This document shows positions 59,636-64,000 of a stretch of 64,000 nucleotides of DNA, piece by piece (the stretch's first letter is position 1; each line of letters starts with the position of its first letter). The notes below the pieces were generated by a model, which was not told the origin of the DNA, did no database searches, and saw nothing but the letters and a program-made list of their open reading frames with translations. Source of the DNA: Dialister sp. (lineage in GTDB: Bacteria > Bacillota > Negativicutes > Veillonellales > Dialisteraceae); contig NZ_JAZASU010000004.1 of NCBI RefSeq assembly GCF_036343215.1, forward strand, positions 11,595 through 75,594. Direction: 5' to 3'. A program made the translations under genes and the position numbers.

Positions 59636-59638
59636 TTT

Positions 59639-59935
59639 CTGTCAGGCTCATTCTGATGGCTTGAGTCATTATCGGTTTTCGTGGGTTAGCCTCACCGCGA
59701 CTTGAACCTGTATACCCAGGCTTGCGCGATCGTGGTTCGTGATTCGTGATTCGGGTTGTCAGGCTCATGCCTATGATTTGAGTCACTAACGGATCGTGAG
59801 TCAGCCTCACCGCGGCTTGAACCTGTATATCCAGACTCACAAGATCGTGGTTCGTGATTCGTGAAGGTAGAGCAAAATAATTTCAATAAAAAGCGGCACC
59901 TTTTGCTGCTGCACCGCACCTTCACTTATCACTTT
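59639..59935. repeat. Two ~110-bp direct repeats with heptamer tails followed by a REP-like element
   Basis: GTCAGGCTCAT...AGCCTCACCGCGRCTTGAACCTGTATAYCCAG...ATCGTGGTTCGTGATTCGTGA x2 (59639-59748, 59756-59866); GTGAAGG at 59861, CACCTTCAC at 59917-59925. Confidence 0.8.
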
Positions 59936-59945
59936 TCCCAATAAC

Positions 59946-59984
59946 AAAAAGCTGTACAGTCTCATTTTGACTGTACAGCTTTTT
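59946..59984. terminator. Bidirectional terminator
   Basis: AAAAAGCTGTACAGTC-loop-GACTGTACAGCTTTTT. Confidence 0.8.
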
Positions 59985-60024
59985 GCTGACTGCTAACGGC
60001 TAATGGCTAACGGCTAACAGCTAA

Positions 60025-62466
60025 TCATTCTTCCCCATTCTCATCATCTTCTGCGGAAAGCACGTCGATGGAGGCGATTCTGTCTCCTTCTTCGAGTCTC
60101 TGGAGGATGACGCCCTGGCCGCCTTTGGATTTCTTGGAGAGAATCTGACTGGCTTTTGTTTTGATGGTAATACCCTGTTCGGATACGCCTACCAGTTCAT
60201 CTTCATCATCAGCAGCAACCAAAGCTACGACTTCAAAACCCTTCTTGAAGTTCCGGACACCGGTTCCGTTTCTTCCCTGGAGTCTGTATACACTGGCTTC
60301 ATTTCTCTTTGCATTGCCATCAGCGGAAATGGTAAAGATATCTTTTTCGTCGGCAATGACGGCACCGACTACTTCATCCCTTTCTCCCAGACGGATACCA
60401 TGGACGCCGGCGGCTCCCCGGCCCATAGGTCTGATTTCTTCGGTGGAGAAGCGGATGGCCATGCCAAGTTTCGTACCGAGGATGATATCTTCATCACCAC
60501 GAATCTGAAGAACCTGGGCCAGTTCATCTCCCTCATTGAGACGAAGAGCGATGAGACCGTTTTTATTGATATTTTTATATTCTGAAATTTCCGTCTTCTT
60601 CACATAGCCCAGTTTGGTAACCATAAGGAGGAATTTCGTACCTTCGCCGGCTGCGTCGATATCGAGAAGTTCTGTTACCCGATCTCCTGCCATGATTCCC
60701 GGGATGTAATTGATAATGGCGCTTCCCCTTGCGGTGCGGGAAGATTTAGGCAGATCCACGGCCGTCTTCATGTAGACTTTGCCCTTATTCGTGAAGAAGA
60801 GGATCCGGTTATGGGTGGATGTATTCAAGAGTTTCCATACATAGTCTCCATCCTTCATCTTCATGCCCGAAACTCCGCGGCCGCCTTTCCGCTGTACCCG
60901 GATATCGGAGGAATCCATGCGCTTGATATAATTCTGTTTTGTCATGGTAATGGTCATGGGTTCATCGGGAACAAGATCAGTAATATCGAAATCATCCTGG
61001 GCCTCGGCAATTTCAGTTCTTCTTTTATCGCCAAAGTTGGATTTTTCATCCTGCAGTTCTTCCTTTACTACGCCCATGATCTTGTCTCTGCTGGAAAGGA
61101 GATCTTCCAGGTAGGCAATCGTTTCTTTCACGTCTTTATAGTCTGCTTCCAATTTATCTCTTTCAAGTCCGGTGAGCCTTCTGAGGCGCATATCGAGGAT
61201 GGCGAGGGACTGCTTTTCGGAGAGGTCGAATTTGGACATCAATGCATCTTTCGCGATGGTATCGGTGCGGGATTCTCGGATCGTATGAATCACTTCATCG
61301 ATATGGTCGAGAGCAATGAGGAGACCCTCCAGGATATGAGCCTTGGCTCTTGCCTTGTCCAGCTCGAACCGGCTTCTTCTGGTAATGACTTCTTCCTGAT
61401 GTTTCAGGTAGTAGTACAGAATCTGTTTCAGATTGAGGATTCTTGGGTGGCCGTCTACCAGGGCGAGCATGATGGCGCCAAAATTCACCTGCATCTGGGT
61501 ATGCTTGAAAAGATTATTCAGCATGATTTCCGGACTTACGTCAGCCCGGAGTTCGATGGCGATCCGCATGCCCGTGCGGTCTGATTCATCACGGAGCATA
61601 GTGATGCCGTCCAGCACTTTCTGACGCTGGAGATCTGCGATGGAGGAAATCAGGCGTGCCTTATTCACCTGGTATGGAATTTCCGTCACCACGATGCGAT
61701 GTTTGCCGTGGGGCATTTCCTCGATTTCCGTCTTTGCCCGGACCGTGATGGATCCACGGCCAGTACGATAGGTATCCTCTATGCCCCGGTGACCGAGAAT
61801 AATGCCTGCCGTCGGGAAATCAGGACCTTTGATGTATTTCATCAGTTCATCAATGGAAATTTCAGGATTATCAATCATGGCGCAGCAGCCATCGACCACC
61901 TCACCTAAGTTGTGAGGAGGAATGTTGGTAGCCATACCTACGGCAATGCCATAGGAACCATTGACGAGAAGATTCGGAATGCGGGACGGGAGGACCACCG
62001 GTTCCTGGAGAGAACCATCGTAGTTCGGCATGAAATCCACCGTATTTTTATCAATATCCCGGAGCATTTCCAGAGTAATCTTTGCCATGCGCATTTCTGT
62101 ATAACGCATAGCGGCCGGAGAATCACCATCGACAGAACCGAAATTTCCGTGTCCGTCTACCAGCATGTAACGGGTGGAGAAATCCTGGGCCATGCGGACA
62201 GCCGATTCATAGACTGCCGTATCGCCATGGGGATGAAATTTACCGAGAACGTCACCGACGATTCTGGCTGATTTTTTATAAGGCTTGTTCGGCAGCATGC
62301 CCGCTTCATTCATGGCATAGAGAATACGGCGGTGAACCGGTTTCAGGCCATCCCTCACATCAGGAAGTGCCCGGGTAACAATGACACTCATGGCATAGTC
62401 GATGTAGGAATTTTTCATCTGCCCCTCCAGAGGGGTATTGACGATTTTACCTTCTTTCCAATCCAT
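60025..62466 (-). CDS. gyrA: DNA gyrase subunit A
   Basis: HPHGD, AAMRYTE catalytic Tyr and GyrA-box QRKGGRG. Confidence 0.97.
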   Translation of the reverse strand: MDWKEGKIVNTPLEGQMKNSYIDYAMSVIVTRALPDVRDGLKPVHRRILYAMNEAGMLPNKPYKKSARIVGDVLGKFHPHGDTAVYESAVRMAQDFSTRYMLVDGHGNFGSVDGDSPAAMRYTEMRMAKITLEMLRDIDKNTVDFMPNYDGSLQEPVVLPSRIPNLLVNGSYGIAVGMATNIPPHNLGEVVDGCCAMIDNPEISIDELMKYIKGPDFPTAGIILGHRGIEDTYRTGRGSITVRAKTEIEEMPHGKHRIVVTEIPYQVNKARLISSIADLQRQKVLDGITMLRDESDRTGMRIAIELRADVSPEIMLNNLFKHTQMQVNFGAIMLALVDGHPRILNLKQILYYYLKHQEEVITRRSRFELDKARAKAHILEGLLIALDHIDEVIHTIRESRTDTIAKDALMSKFDLSEKQSLAILDMRLRRLTGLERDKLEADYKDVKETIAYLEDLLSSRDKIMGVVKEELQDEKSNFGDKRRTEIAEAQDDFDITDLVPDEPMTITMTKQNYIKRMDSSDIRVQRKGGRGVSGMKMKDGDYVWKLLNTSTHNRILFFTNKGKVYMKTAVDLPKSSRTARGSAIINYIPGIMAGDRVTELLDIDAAGEGTKFLLMVTKLGYVKKTEISEYKNINKNGLIALRLNEGDELAQVLQIRGDEDIILGTKLGMAIRFSTEEIRPMGRGAAGVHGIRLGERDEVVGAVIADEKDIFTISADGNAKRNEASVYRLQGRNGTGVRNFKKGFEVVALVAADDEDELVGVSEQGITIKTKASQILSKKSKGGQGVILQRLEEGDRIASIDVLSAEDDENGEE

Positions 62467-62751
62467 AAGGACTCCTTTATTCATAAAAATAAGACCCGAA
62501 AGCCCCGGGTCCTATAGGAACTCTGAAAACATTATAGCATAAAACGGCTTAAAAAGCCATTTAAGGCTTGTTTTGACTGTTTTTTGTATTTCTTACACAA
62601 AGTGAAAATATCGTTTGACATAAAATAAAGCCATTTAAATAGATTTCAAAAATTTTCTGCGTAAAAATATTTTTACAGACATCTTTTATTCTTTGTCCGT
62701 TTTTTATATAATAAGTCTGTGTGCTCTCAAAGTCTCGAAGGATGTGTAATT

Positions 62752-63258
62752 ATGAAGAAACTGGCACTTTTACTGATTGCCATCATTATACTTATAGCCG
62801 GCGGATTCTTTATCTTCGTTCATTTCATCAGCGGCGGACCCTGGCAGGGTACCTGGTGGGGCGTGCAGGATGCAGGGATCAACTGGTCCGGTGACAATAT
62901 CAAAAATCTGGAAACTGTGACATTTACAAAAAATGAAGATGGTACCATCGATGTGGACCATAAAGTCCAGCAGGGAAGCCGTGAGGTCAATGGATCCCTG
63001 GCAGGAACAGGAGTCGTTGACGGGGGCCGTCTCGTAATCACCCCCCAAAAAGGCGGCAAGAATCTGGTTCTTTCCTACAATACCGTTTCCAAAACCATGG
63101 ATACCCCCTTTACCAATGCCGATGGTACCACGGTCACCCTCCAGCCTTTAACGGAAAACAATAATGATGAAATGGAAGAAATCCGAAGTGAAATCGTCCA
63201 GGTCTCCCAGAAACCGGAGAATAAAATCGATACCACGCTGTCAACAGCAAAGAGCTGA
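62752..63258 (+). CDS. Hypothetical membrane-anchored protein
   Basis: N-terminal hydrophobic anchor followed by a beta-rich domain. Confidence 0.72.
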   Translation: MKKLALLLIAIIILIAGGFFIFVHFISGGPWQGTWWGVQDAGINWSGDNIKNLETVTFTKNEDGTIDVDHKVQQGSREVNGSLAGTGVVDGGRLVITPQKGGKNLVLSYNTVSKTMDTPFTNADGTTVTLQPLTENNNDEMEEIRSEIVQVSQKPENKIDTTLSTAKS

Positions 63259-63435
63259 TGGGATTTTTGCAGTTAGCGGTCAGTTGTTAACCGTTAGTAA
63301 AAGCCACAGGTAGAAAGTTATCAGTTTGTAGTAAAGGTGGACCCGCATCAGAAATTGATGGCGGGTCCTTTTTATGTGGTATTATTTCCCATCAAAAAAG
63401 TCCGCCTCCCCTATGAAAGCAGACCACATACTTTT

Positions 63436-63999
63436 TCACGAATCACTAGCTGCTATCGGCAATCGGCTCATTCCCTGTTTTCTGTGCAGCGTAATAATCA
63501 CCAGTTCCCTGGGGCAGGAAAAACGGAACGGAAACCAGCTCGCGCTTCCTCTGGAGACATAGCCGGGGTGGATGCCGTCAGTATAAAGGCCCCTGGTAAA
63601 TTTGAAAGGGGTAATGATGGGTTTCCCGAAAAGTCCAAACTGGGTGCCATGGGTATGGCCTGTCAAAGTCAGGATTGCCCCACGGGCAAACCCTTCATCG
63701 ATGAAAGAGGAATTATGAGCCAGGAGGATAACTTTGGCGTCTTGGGGAATGCCTTCGAAGGCCCATTCGGTCATGTCTTTCCGCTGGCGCTGGAAGGCGG
63801 CGCTTCTTTCTCCCCTCACCCAGGGATAATCCACGCCGGCCACGTAAAGAGAATCCCCGTTTCTTGTGATTTTCATATGTTCATTTTCAAGAATTCTGAC
63901 CGGTGTTTTCTTCAGGAATCCATGAATATAGGCCTGACCACGGTAATATTCATGATTTCCCCAGACGTAAATGATGCCGTCTGCGAAATCATCATATTT
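63436..63999 (-). CDS. Metallophosphoesterase (YkuE-like), 5' end outside the window
   Basis: Frame stays open upstream of the tracked ORF (VWGNHEY); LLAHNS, LTGHTHGTQ and YVSRG motifs. Confidence 0.88.
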   Translation of the reverse strand, partial: KYDDFADGIIYVWGNHEYYRGQAYIHGFLKKTPVRILENEHMKITRNGDSLYVAGVDYPWVRGERSAAFQRQRKDMTEWAFEGIPQDAKVILLAHNSSFIDEGFARGAILTLTGHTHGTQFGLFGKPIITPFKFTRGLYTDGIHPGYVSRGSASWFPFRFSCPRELVIITLHRKQGMSRLPIAASDS

Positions 64000-64000
64000 C

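Noticed and set aside
59695-59715. GGTTCAAGTC T-loop-like sequence on the minus strand as a tRNA
   Set aside because: No cloverleaf, acceptor stem or CCA can be built.
62200-62240. GyrA Thr at the E. coli Ser83-equivalent position as a quinolone-resistance mutation
   Set aside because: Thr is the native residue in many anaerobic Firmicutes; there is no evidence of mutation.

Overview
A 64-kb bacterial chromosomal segment. Gene content suggests Negativicutes, Veillonellaceae/Dialister-like (inferred from the fused large PurL, the ylxM-ffh-rpsP-khpA-ylqD-rimM-trmD cluster and a beta-barrel outer-membrane protein in a Firmicute-type gene set). Most of it is housekeeping: truA, typA, panCD plus a BASS transporter, purL, rpoBC, pyc, an ldh-like gene, mscL, an Fe-ADH, gyrA, tRNA-Ser(GGA) and tRNA-Leu(TAG). 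The accessory or unusual parts are: (1) an AT-rich, integrase-less islet at about 14.15-17.1 kb with an XRE regulator divergent from a 50-aa Cys-rich peptide, a long hairpin, DUF4417, a Gly/Ser-leader predicted toxin (NxSGHYxP motif) and an acidic putative immunity protein, which is the best candidate for an undescribed system; (2) a 3.2-kb islet bounded by a 102-bp direct repeat at tRNA-Ser; (3) a dense family of intergenic REP-like hairpins with a GTGAAGG/CCTTCAC foot and outward-facing heptamer tails, plus 61-bp and ~110-bp tandem repeats; (4) several candidate structured RNAs (downstream of DUF2828, upstream of panC, and two loci sharing a TAATGA-N5-TAATGA promoter); (5) a miniature IS608-like remnant, an exported argininosuccinate-lyase-like protein lacking the catalytic His, lineage-specific RNA polymerase insertions and a deletion-fused MFS/AraC pseudogene pair. 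No CRISPR array, rRNA, integrase or transposase was found. All family assignments are by motif recognition; no database searches were run.
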